DNA of 64,000 nucleotides, taken from IMG/VR virus record IMGVR_UViG_3300006173_000003, positions 9,439 to 73,438 of that record; one strand, 5' to 3'. This DNA is from a virus. Taxonomy: Duplodnaviria > Caudoviricetes. Below, piece after piece: positions 26,655 through 36,034 of this stretch. Both the position numbers and the translations under genes were made by a program. How positions within the stretch are numbered: position 1 is the first letter of the stretch; the number at the start of each line of letters is the position of its first letter. Under the pieces are notes generated by a model. It worked only from the letters and a program-made list of their open reading frames with translations, was not told the DNA's origin and did no database searches.

Positions 26655-28880
26655 ATGGGTAAACTGATTCAAATATGGGAACATGCGGTAACAATTCCTG
26701 AGCCAAAGGACAAAAGAGATATTCTTTTCTTTGACCAAAAAGACCCGTATTGGATAAGGGAAGAGGCCCTGAGTGATTATCGGGATATCTTCTGGAATTT
26801 TGTTCCCAGGCACACAAAGTTGTATCAGTCGGCAACGCTTTATGATCAGGACGGTGTTTTGATTTCCCTTAACAAAGATGACAGTGATTATGTGGTGAGA
26901 ACATATGAGCGAGAAATGTATCGACGCACATATGGGGTTCACGTAAAGATGGGTAAGGAAATAGTCTGGTTGACCGGAGATCATTGGTTCATATTAGCAC
27001 ACTGCAAAACGAAAAGGCCAGATAAAAAATCTGACTATTTTGACTTTAGGAAGTTTCAGGCTAAATTCCTTATGTTGCTATGGTATGTGAACTTTCATCC
27101 GTGGGCAGAAGGAGGAGTATTCAGCAAGGCAAAAAAAACCGGGATAACAAATCTGATGTGGCTTTATTATTTAAACAAAGCCACAATGACTAAGAATGTG
27201 AACCTCGGAAATATGAATATCGACTTAGATAAGGGGGCAAAAACATTTAGGGACCATTTTCTGTACGCCTATCATGGTCTTCCTATGTCATTAAAGCCGC
27301 AAATAAAAAGTCTTACGGAGAGAGAAGGGAAAGTTGTTTTCGGTCAACAGTTTACTAATTCAAAAAAAGCCAGATTAATTCAATCCGATGCCGATAGCGA
27401 ACTAGGAACATCCGTAATGTGTGTCCCTACTATGATGCAGGCGTTTGACGTTGACGTGTTTTCTGATACATGGTACGATGAATTTGTTAAACCAAAGCAG
27501 GACTTCGGAGAGATATATAGGTCTAATGAGGCTGCAACAAACTTGCAAGACACGTCCATCGGGAAAAGATGGCTAACATCGTATACGCCAGAAGAATCAG
27601 GCCCCTCTTTTTATTCTGGGAAGCAGATATTTTATGATTCAGAGCTTTCGACGATGAATAAGCCGGGGAATAAGGGGAAAACAACCAGCCGGATGATTTG
27701 CGCCCACATTCCCGCATACGAATCTTGGTCGTCTTCTTTCGATAAGTATGGAGAGTGTAACGAAAAAGACGCAATGGAGAAAATAAAAGACGGTAGGGAT
27801 AGGTTACGTGGACGCCCAAGAGAATTACAAGCGGAAGTTCGTCGTTATGCCAATACTAAAAAAGAAGCATGGTCGGTAGGTGGTATTGGTAGTGTGTTTG
27901 ACAACATGAGACTGGGCTCACTGCTATCCGAAATAGAATCAGAAGAAAGGGATATCACAGGTAATATGTATGTGGAGGGTGATTTGAAATGGGAAAATGA
28001 AATATGGAACATACAAGCGTCCCGACGTCGGAAGGGGGAATTTTGCCGACTTAGATTTGTTCCTTTATCGGAAGATGAAAAAGAAAAAGGTGAATCCGGA
28101 AAGTTCAGGATGTACTACGATATACCAAGAGACCATCAAAATCTAGCGTTGAAATTTGGTAAAGATGAGTGGGGGTGCTTAATCCCACCCAGTAAATTTC
28201 CTTACGTTTTAGGTGGAGATCCGACATCATATGCTAGTGCTTCTGAGACAATAGAGGGGTCTAAAAATGGAGGATACGTGTTTAGTATGCCAGATGAATT
28301 GACCGATGCTCGGATGCGTAGAGTTGCCTCAAAAATAATGATTATTGAATATTTCGACCGGCCAGAGTCGCCGGACGAGGCTTTTAACGATTATCTTAAA
28401 TTGATATTGTATACTGGGGCTTTGGCAAATATTGAAGCCAACCAGTCCTACGTATGTACCCGGTTGATGGAAGAGGGGCTGGGTCGGTTCATGCTGGTGA
28501 AGGATGAAAATGGGATTGTCACTCTTTGGAAGCGATGGATGGGGCTGGCGCATGAATCTGAAAAGTCCTATAAGTTCATACGTACAACGGCCAACGCTGA
28601 CAGCAAAGACATGCTCGAAACAATTGTCCGGCTGATAAAAGCGTACTTTGAGAAGCCAGCAGAAGGTGGAAAGGACTATGGGGCTACCTTTAAATCGGCA
28701 AGAGCAATTAACCAGTTGATGAACGTGGACATAACAAATACAAAGGTGTTTGACTTGTTCATGGCACTGGGGTATGCCCTTTTTGGGGTGGAATATTATC
28801 AGGATATCCTCTTATCTGAGCAATCCGAAGAGCAAGACCCGGAAAACATATCCAGCGTACTTTCAGCCTTTGAATTGTAA
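26655..28880 (+). CDS. terL: Terminase large subunit
   Basis: Walker A-like KAKKTGIT, Walker B WYDE, RNase H-like VLGGDP and C-terminal FDLFMA; 741 aa. Confidence 0.8.
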   Translation: MGKLIQIWEHAVTIPEPKDKRDILFFDQKDPYWIREEALSDYRDIFWNFVPRHTKLYQSATLYDQDGVLISLNKDDSDYVVRTYEREMYRRTYGVHVKMGKEIVWLTGDHWFILAHCKTKRPDKKSDYFDFRKFQAKFLMLLWYVNFHPWAEGGVFSKAKKTGITNLMWLYYLNKATMTKNVNLGNMNIDLDKGAKTFRDHFLYAYHGLPMSLKPQIKSLTEREGKVVFGQQFTNSKKARLIQSDADSELGTSVMCVPTMMQAFDVDVFSDTWYDEFVKPKQDFGEIYRSNEAATNLQDTSIGKRWLTSYTPEESGPSFYSGKQIFYDSELSTMNKPGNKGKTTSRMICAHIPAYESWSSSFDKYGECNEKDAMEKIKDGRDRLRGRPRELQAEVRRYANTKKEAWSVGGIGSVFDNMRLGSLLSEIESEERDITGNMYVEGDLKWENEIWNIQASRRRKGEFCRLRFVPLSEDEKEKGESGKFRMYYDIPRDHQNLALKFGKDEWGCLIPPSKFPYVLGGDPTSYASASETIEGSKNGGYVFSMPDELTDARMRRVASKIMIIEYFDRPESPDEAFNDYLKLILYTGALANIEANQSYVCTRLMEEGLGRFMLVKDENGIVTLWKRWMGLAHESEKSYKFIRTTANADSKDMLETIVRLIKAYFEKPAEGGKDYGATFKSARAINQLMNVDITNTKVFDLFMALGYALFGVEYYQDILLSEQSEEQDPENISSVLSAFEL

Positions 28881-28897
28881 TAAATTTGGTAGATTTG
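28869..28897 (+). promoter_or_regulatory. Bacteroidota-type promoter(s) for the tail operon
   Basis: Tandem TAAATTTG (28881-28888) and TAGATTTG (28890-28897); TTTG at 28869-28872. Confidence 0.65.
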
Positions 28898-28915
28898 GAA
28901 TAAATACGTAAATAA

Positions 28916-31900
28916 ATGGGATTTGGGCAGAAATACATTGGCCGGAGAATCGATCTTGATAGCCATGAATCGCTGTGTGGCCCAGACGTTTGCCGCTATA
29001 TAAAAAATCTTATATATTCCATCGAAGATACCAGTACGGAAGCCGTAGGCCAAGGATCACAAACAGGGGTATATAAGCCGCTGCGAAGTAATTTTGTGTA
29101 CGTAGATGACTTCACCCTTCCGGACGGAGACAATCACCCCATAGGACGGTATAGCGTCAAAGAACTAAAGCAGGTATTTTTCTTCAACTACAATAGCAAA
29201 GGAAACCACGGAGTCTACAGGATAAATGGATCAGATCGGTCCATAGATACAGTATATGTAGGCCCAGCATTAAATTTTGTACTGAACCCGGAGAATTTTA
29301 TCCACTTTGGTGCTTGCTGGTTGGAAATAGTAAGTGTCGCAGACCCCGTAACGGGAGAGAAGGTAAACCGTACTTTTTTGTTTTTCACGAGAGGGATAGG
29401 AGATCAGTGTTTTATATCTGTGGAGGATGCCATTGCGACAAAAGGATTTAATGCCACATTGTTTCCATATTTCCAAGGTGATTATGATCCCAAGATACTT
29501 ATCAGTATGGCATCTCCAACGCCCGATGATTGCATAGAAATATCTGAAGTTCCCTTGGATCAAACATCCGTTCAATTAAGCAACAACCTCCTTTATAATA
29601 CATGGCAATTCAGGATTAGAACACTGGACGTATGGGGTAGGCCCTCTGAATATGGCATTATCTCAGATATGTACATTCCAGGGGGAGGCGGATGTATTCA
29701 AGCGTCAACAAATCTGCCCCGTTGTCTTGATCTGTCTTTTGATGCTCCGCCTCCGCATATAAACCAAATAGAGGTTGCCTATCGAAACTGTAACAATACT
29801 CAATGGTATTTGGCCGACACATTGGACTTGTATAACGGGTCTCAATTAGGAGAATGGTGGACGCGCCAACGAAATCCAAAGATAAATTACGATAGTAATA
29901 CCGGGAAAATAACCTATCGATTCTGTGCTGAACAAGGATGTGACCCGATAGGGCAAGACTTGACAAACAGAATAGAAAACCCCATTCCAAGAGTCTCTGA
30001 AGCTGTAACTAAGATCGGATCTGCTATCGCCCTATCGAATAACAAAGATGGATTCCTGCCATTTTCTCAGGATTTAAAGGATAAGTTCAAGTTTACCGTA
30101 ACTCCCGCCAGTCAGACCACAAATGCAGCCAGAAACATAGAAATATTCGTAGAAATATACAATCCATATCTTGGACAGAACGAGCCTATTTATCAAGGCA
30201 TACTCACCGGAAATACTAAGTTTTATGGGTTTGGAAGTTTTGGATTTGGTCCTTTTAATGGTGGTGTACAAAACACTATACCCGGAGGTCTTTTCGCCAA
30301 ATACAAGCAGTATTTTGTAAATCCAAACCAACAAGGATTAATAGGATATTTGGCCGGAACGGGAGCCTATGTTGTAAGTGAACAGTATGCAATGGATGTT
30401 TCCGGTAATCTGACTAAGGTCACTGATTTTTCCACATTAAAGAGGGACCCATCCAATCCCGTCCGCTGGTTTCAGAAGTTTACCTTCTCCAACCTGAGTG
30501 CCCAAACATACATCTTTCGAATTATCTCGCCGCAATCTGACCCAACAGTAGACCCAAATTATACTAAGACCAGCACTTACTTGAAGGGATCATTTAGTTT
30601 CAATATCAACAATCCTTCCAATCCTGTAAATCACAATAACACCGTAGACGATGCAAAGGAATTAGTAATAAATGTGTGCAATTCCAATTACAGCACACTG
30701 ACCGATAACAGAATGCTGGTTATCTACGATCTTACCCCAAGCTGTGCAGTTCGGGCTGGGTATGTAAAAACAACAGCGGACACTACGAAAGACCCAATAG
30801 GGATAGAATTAGCTCACATAGATAATAGCAACCCGGCAAAAATCGATAGTCATTATACAGACCATAATGGATTTTTCTTTGTTGCGTCTGACGCATCCGG
30901 TCATGGATCAACATACCACATAAGCGGATACTACAACTGTAAGTATTCTGACTTTACCGGAGGGATTGATACCGGAAGTTCAAGCGGCTTAGTGGTAAAT
31001 AACTTCTACCTCGACAATGATGTTTATCTTCCGAATTACGCTATCCAACCATGTAATTACATTTTAATAAAGGGACGGGTTTTGATATGCGGTACGGATG
31101 TTGGAGTGCCAAATGTAGGGGTCGTATTATCAAGGGGGGGGCTGGCAACAACAGACAATGACGGTAATTTTACGATTATTGCACACGATGACTGCAATGG
31201 GCCGAATGCTAATTTTATCAGTCAGTCAAAAAGAAACGACAACCTTTACTTCATAACAAGCGCCTGTTCCTTTACCGATTGTAACGGGGGGTGTATTGCG
31301 CCGATATCTGTAAGTATATCCAAATGCGTAGTCTGTTCCGATAGGACTGTGACCGTATCGGATACATCGGTCATGTTTGTATCCCTGAGAGGTCTTTTGA
31401 GCGGCGGTACATACCCGGTTGGAATAACTGGGTGGGACTGGGCAGACAGGCCAACGTTTGTTCAGGATTTGGGGAACATAACCATCCCTTCCATTTATGA
31501 GACCAAATCGTTTGCCCCATCTGTTTTGTCCCTACAGATAGATCCGTCTGCTGTATTTCCTGATGAGATCGATCACATATCGTTCTTCATAGGTGACGAA
31601 TCAAGCATAGCAGACTATGTGACATGGATAGTAGATAGCGTGGTATTCGTAGATAATACCGGACTGGAAAACGACACGGCCCCAACCCAGATAAAAATAT
31701 TTTACGCCAGCCTTATAGAGTATAACAAGCAGAACAATTACAACACGACGGTAAACTGGGCATTCCTGGCAACCGCTGCCGGAACTACAACTCAAACTCC
31801 GGTGACAACGGATAGGGTTCAGTTCTTGGTTAATGGGGATGGAACTTTCTTTGATAAGAATATCGTGTCTCTGGTAAAATACGATCAGGCGGGGCAGTAT

Positions 31901-33463
31901 TTCTTAATAAACTACACCCCAGACTTAGCGAATCTGAAAGCGAATGCTCGTATAAGATTATTTAGGCCCAAGCAGTGTACGACAACGGCTCCTTATTTCG
32001 AACTTTGCTCTACCATAAAGATCGTAAATGGTCATGCACAGACTAACAGTGTTGTTCTGAATGCATACGATACCTATTACATCAACAGGGGATTAATACC
32101 GGTACCTGTGGCTCAAGATACTAACCCCGTAACATTTGTGAACCAACCAAGGCTTCAAGGACTTCCATTCGAACATAACAGCCCTTCGGACTTTTGGGGT
32201 CAAGGATGCCATAACATAGGCCGAGCAAACTCAAAGAATCCACAGGAAACGATCATATACAACAAAGATCAGATAGCATTGAGCGGTGCGTTGTCTCCAA
32301 CCGGTCTGCTGAATTTTCTGTGTTACTTTGATGATGCTCAAAAGTTTTCCTTTACGGACAATCCTTTAAACGGGATAACTGCGGTATTGCCCTATGGTGT
32401 TATATTGTTAGTAATAGGGCAGGCAGATCACTTTGTAATAGGATTCAACGATAACATTATGAGGGTAGATGCCAATGGTCAGATTATTGTACCTAGTGCG
32501 CAGGACAAATTCGGACAGCCACAGGGAAAATTGACACCTAAGTGGGGATGTCTTGTATTCGATAAAAATACCATATATGAAAAGAACGGGTTGGTTCATT
32601 GGCTGGATACCGCCAAAGGATATTTGATCCAGCACAACTACGTAAACGCGGAACAGGTTACTCAATTTGATCCGAAAAGAGGGATACCAGGAGGCGTGGA
32701 TAGCTGGATAAGACCAAAGATAAAAGAAGTTCAAAACTTCAACTTAAAAAACGGAAATATCAGATACTTTCACGGGATAGTCAACATGCAGGGGACTGAA
32801 TATCTACTCACCGATTTTACCATTGGCAGTACGCAGACGGTAAACGATTCAAGAGGGGTAGATGTGTCGCTGAATGAAACAATGACTATGGGGATTTTTT
32901 CCAGATTTTGGAAAGGGTCGTACGGGTTCACTCCTGCATTGTACGCAGAGTTGGAGGGAGAGATAGATTCCCAACAATTATTCTCTTTTGTAAAAGGAAT
33001 TCCAAATGGTCACTATGATGAAATAGAGCAGCAATCATATGGTCAAATGTACGGCAAGTCTCTGGTTAGAGTAATTGAACCAGTAATGGCTATCGATAAT
33101 ATGAGAAATAAGAAGCCATTGTCAATAGGGGTCATGTGTAAAGAGAGCCAATATTTCGCAGACCGCGTTATAAGCTCTACCGGACAGCAGACAAGGATGT
33201 TGTTGGCCGCGTGGATTCAAGCGTCATTTGGCTGGTTCGCTCCTTTCTATTGCGATCTGAATACCCCATTTGATCCCAACAGATCAAATCAGACAAAAGA
33301 AAATGTACTTTTGGATGGAAATATGCTAATCGGTACGTGGGTGAAGGTGAGATTAATAGGCAACCCGATGAATGATACGTCCTATAGCGAACTACAGGGA
33401 AATACGATATCTGTCATGGCTGATGTAACTAATCTTGAAACTCAAACTAAACAGAATGGGTGA
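28916..33463 (+). CDS. Large tail protein (tail tubular/stabilisation or muzzle-like)
   Basis: 1515 aa, beta- and Cys-rich; N-terminal IDLD...RYIKNL start resembling crAss-like stabilisation proteins. Confidence 0.55.
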   Translation: MGFGQKYIGRRIDLDSHESLCGPDVCRYIKNLIYSIEDTSTEAVGQGSQTGVYKPLRSNFVYVDDFTLPDGDNHPIGRYSVKELKQVFFFNYNSKGNHGVYRINGSDRSIDTVYVGPALNFVLNPENFIHFGACWLEIVSVADPVTGEKVNRTFLFFTRGIGDQCFISVEDAIATKGFNATLFPYFQGDYDPKILISMASPTPDDCIEISEVPLDQTSVQLSNNLLYNTWQFRIRTLDVWGRPSEYGIISDMYIPGGGGCIQASTNLPRCLDLSFDAPPPHINQIEVAYRNCNNTQWYLADTLDLYNGSQLGEWWTRQRNPKINYDSNTGKITYRFCAEQGCDPIGQDLTNRIENPIPRVSEAVTKIGSAIALSNNKDGFLPFSQDLKDKFKFTVTPASQTTNAARNIEIFVEIYNPYLGQNEPIYQGILTGNTKFYGFGSFGFGPFNGGVQNTIPGGLFAKYKQYFVNPNQQGLIGYLAGTGAYVVSEQYAMDVSGNLTKVTDFSTLKRDPSNPVRWFQKFTFSNLSAQTYIFRIISPQSDPTVDPNYTKTSTYLKGSFSFNINNPSNPVNHNNTVDDAKELVINVCNSNYSTLTDNRMLVIYDLTPSCAVRAGYVKTTADTTKDPIGIELAHIDNSNPAKIDSHYTDHNGFFFVASDASGHGSTYHISGYYNCKYSDFTGGIDTGSSSGLVVNNFYLDNDVYLPNYAIQPCNYILIKGRVLICGTDVGVPNVGVVLSRGGLATTDNDGNFTIIAHDDCNGPNANFISQSKRNDNLYFITSACSFTDCNGGCIAPISVSISKCVVCSDRTVTVSDTSVMFVSLRGLLSGGTYPVGITGWDWADRPTFVQDLGNITIPSIYETKSFAPSVLSLQIDPSAVFPDEIDHISFFIGDESSIADYVTWIVDSVVFVDNTGLENDTAPTQIKIFYASLIEYNKQNNYNTTVNWAFLATAAGTTTQTPVTTDRVQFLVNGDGTFFDKNIVSLVKYDQAGQYFLINYTPDLANLKANARIRLFRPKQCTTTAPYFELCSTIKIVNGHAQTNSVVLNAYDTYYINRGLIPVPVAQDTNPVTFVNQPRLQGLPFEHNSPSDFWGQGCHNIGRANSKNPQETIIYNKDQIALSGALSPTGLLNFLCYFDDAQKFSFTDNPLNGITAVLPYGVILLVIGQADHFVIGFNDNIMRVDANGQIIVPSAQDKFGQPQGKLTPKWGCLVFDKNTIYEKNGLVHWLDTAKGYLIQHNYVNAEQVTQFDPKRGIPGGVDSWIRPKIKEVQNFNLKNGNIRYFHGIVNMQGTEYLLTDFTIGSTQTVNDSRGVDVSLNETMTMGIFSRFWKGSYGFTPALYAELEGEIDSQQLFSFVKGIPNGHYDEIEQQSYGQMYGKSLVRVIEPVMAIDNMRNKKPLSIGVMCKESQYFADRVISSTGQQTRMLLAAWIQASFGWFAPFYCDLNTPFDPNRSNQTKENVLLDGNMLIGTWVKVRLIGNPMNDTSYSELQGNTISVMADVTNLETQTKQNG

Positions 33464-34034
33464 TTATACGGCTAATTTTACCGCTCTCTTAACAGGGCAT
33501 CTTGGCATAAACCCAAATAGTGGTGGAGGGGAAGGAGGAAAGTCTGGGAGTGTTCCTTCTGTTCCTGAAAATTTCAAGCCATTAACGGCTCCTGAAAGAA
33601 CTGAATGGAATAATTTTCTTAACTTTCTTGAAAAGAAGGGAGTAGGCGGCAGTAAAGAACTAGATAAAAAAGACCAATCGCTAGGGTTAAAATACATTGA
33701 CGAATACAGGAAGTCTAACCCGGATACATTCATAAATAAGGATGCCATTTCCAGAATACAGTATGATCAATATTTGCTTAGGAAAGGAGATAGCTACCCA
33801 ACCCTTAGCAAAGATGAATTACAGCAATTGAGGTCTGGATTGAATCCGTCTTTCTTAGCTAGAGACGTATCTGATACTGACGGATGGCTTGGAAGTATTA
33901 CATCAAGGCTATATTATCCGCAGGCAAGAAGGGGAGATAATATTGGCAATCACTATAATTTTGGAACTGATTTCGAGTCATACGTAAAGGGAAGAACAGA
34001 CCCATCTTTAAACGAAAAATACAGAGAAAAATAA
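33456..34034 (+). CDS. Hypothetical virion-associated protein
   Basis: ATG at 33456; DGWLGSITS resembles a peptidoglycan-binding motif. Confidence 0.45.
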   Translation: MGDYTANFTALLTGHLGINPNSGGGEGGKSGSVPSVPENFKPLTAPERTEWNNFLNFLEKKGVGGSKELDKKDQSLGLKYIDEYRKSNPDTFINKDAISRIQYDQYLLRKGDSYPTLSKDELQQLRSGLNPSFLARDVSDTDGWLGSITSRLYYPQARRGDNIGNHYNFGTDFESYVKGRTDPSLNEKYREK

Positions 34035-35137
34035 TGTTACCGTTAACCATAAAGAAGCTGAAATTCCCAGGTAATGGAAATATACTTGCTCCGATAGTCG
34101 TTGACCTATATATAAAAGGGTACTACCAGCCAGATAGCTCATATTCTTTAATCGAAGCAAATGTAAATGTTGGTGTAGACGGAACTATTTTGTCTTCTCC
34201 GCTTCCTTCGGTACTAATTGACCCATCACAATATCACGTCTTAAAAGCCGTCAACGATTTGTGTAGTTTTGAATATGCGCAAGAAGTTAGGCTAAATCCG
34301 TATTGTCAAACTGGTTATATTTTATCAGCAGATAGCTCATATTGTTACACGATGAGCGAAGTGCCTGCTACGCCCCCTACAAATTCTCAAAACGCCGTTA
34401 GCGTAAGTGGCCCCAACAATTACTATTACGGGATATTTGGCACGTTAATATTTAATCCCGGATATAACATCAATGGCACGGGCTCTTTTACTCAAATACC
34501 ATACACCAATGCTTTTTGGGTAAACGGAGCAGGATACCCGGCACATCCAAGCGCAAGTAATAACGCAGGGCCACTTAATAGATCGGGGGTATGGAGTACT
34601 ACGGTAGCTAGTCCACAAACAATTGGGTTTTCTGTTTGCGTAACGCTTGCGTCAGATGGAGTTTATTACGTCGGTTTTGGATGCGACGATTTTGGGCAGA
34701 TAAATATAGACGGAGTGACGGTAGTGTCTCAGGACAGAACAGCCCTGAAAGCATACATACAAGCCAACGGATATCCATATCCAGTCGGTCTTGATCCTAA
34801 TCAGGTTACATTCAACTTTTGGTACATATATCCCGTTTCGCTGACTTCTGGAACACACGTAATTGAAATAATCGGCAACAACACATCAGGAACAGTTGCG
34901 GGGGCCGCAGACATCGGTTGTGAGGTTTACAACATGACGCCTTCGGCTATTGCCAGTGTCACTTCTTATGCCGCAATGGGGGCGGGTCTGGTATTCTCTT
35001 CTAAGGATTTTGTGGGGATGCCTATACAGGTGGGATCTGGCGGCATAGGTTTTTCCTGTCCGTCGGGGTATTCGTTAAAGTTGTGCGATAGCCCTCCGTC
35101 CTGTGTAAGATTAGTAACGACTCCCGTTCTGTATTAG
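34034..35137 (+). CDS. Structural protein with FN3-like N-terminus and PA14-like domain
   Basis: GVYYVGFGCDDFGQINIDG PA14-like motif flanked by CQTGY...C and CPSGY...C. Confidence 0.5.
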   Translation: MLPLTIKKLKFPGNGNILAPIVVDLYIKGYYQPDSSYSLIEANVNVGVDGTILSSPLPSVLIDPSQYHVLKAVNDLCSFEYAQEVRLNPYCQTGYILSADSSYCYTMSEVPATPPTNSQNAVSVSGPNNYYYGIFGTLIFNPGYNINGTGSFTQIPYTNAFWVNGAGYPAHPSASNNAGPLNRSGVWSTTVASPQTIGFSVCVTLASDGVYYVGFGCDDFGQINIDGVTVVSQDRTALKAYIQANGYPYPVGLDPNQVTFNFWYIYPVSLTSGTHVIEIIGNNTSGTVAGAADIGCEVYNMTPSAIASVTSYAAMGAGLVFSSKDFVGMPIQVGSGGIGFSCPSGYSLKLCDSPPSCVRLVTTPVLY

Positions 35138-35979
35138 AGAACCGCATTCATGTATTTGGTCTCAGAGATGATATATTCTTTTCCCATAAATTCTACCTGC
35201 ATGTAACAAGCGATGTTAAGGGTATATATTGAGTCTCCGGGGCGAAGGTTTAACTCAGGATTGGCGGCGGCTACCGTATGGCATTCGGAAACGACAGTGT
35301 TGATCTGCTTGGACATTTTTTCATTCTCCTGTTCCAAGGTTTTGATCTCAGGAGCCACACGTTGGAACATATCCGGGAATTGGAGCCATCTGGAGAGTTT
35401 TTTTATCTTCTCTGTATTTTCGGCCATTTTAGCTGTTAATTCTTCCCGCGTCTTTGTCCGTTCCTTGGCAATCACAATTCCGTGTCCAGCCTGCTTGAAT
35501 GCGATATTTGTTACGAAGTTAGGCAATCCGGCTACCGGAAGATTGAAATCTTCCATATCGCTTTCCATTGCCTTTTCGACTTCCAAAAATATATAGTCCT
35601 TGTTGGGAATTATTTTTTCTCCATCCCAAATGCCGAAAGTCAAGTTGCGGTCCCCATTGTGTTCGAAGGCGGTTACTATGTAATAATTCCAGTCTTCATC
35701 TTGATCGATGAAAAAGAATTTCTTTTTGTTTGTAGTCTCCTTATGTTCGGTAAAATGGTGAGTGATCAGGATATCTCCCTTTTTAGCCTCCGGGAAATAT
35801 TCGTGTGCTTTCTTGCCGATTGCTACTATTTCCCCGCACTGCATTCCTCTTTTCATAAAAGTAAATTCCAGAGGGTAGTAAAGAATCCCTATTTTTTCAA
35901 GTCTTTCCCTCTGGGCTTGCTTGGGGATGCGGATCATAAAAAAGGGGGGCATTACCTGCTTAATCTGAGGGGTTGGCAT
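35134..35979 (-). CDS. Tandem double GroES/Cpn10-like co-chaperonin
   Basis: Domain 1 GEIVAIG...AKKGDIL; domain 2 IIPNKDYIFL...GIVIA...LRPGDSIY...VEFMGKEYIISETKYMNAVL; start taken at MPTPQ. Confidence 0.65.
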   Translation of the reverse strand: MPTPQIKQVMPPFFMIRIPKQAQRERLEKIGILYYPLEFTFMKRGMQCGEIVAIGKKAHEYFPEAKKGDILITHHFTEHKETTNKKKFFFIDQDEDWNYYIVTAFEHNGDRNLTFGIWDGEKIIPNKDYIFLEVEKAMESDMEDFNLPVAGLPNFVTNIAFKQAGHGIVIAKERTKTREELTAKMAENTEKIKKLSRWLQFPDMFQRVAPEIKTLEQENEKMSKQINTVVSECHTVAAANPELNLRPGDSIYTLNIACYMQVEFMGKEYIISETKYMNAVL

Positions 35980-35999
35980 ACGAAGTGTTTGATTTTTAA

Positions 36000-36017
36000 C
36001 GAAATTAACTAAATTTG
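36000..36017. promoter_or_regulatory. Back-to-back divergent promoters (GroES-like gene and portal)
   Basis: TAATTTCG on minus (36007-36000) and TAAATTTG on plus (36010-36017). Confidence 0.6.
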
Positions 36018-36034
36018 GATAAATTCCCACTATT

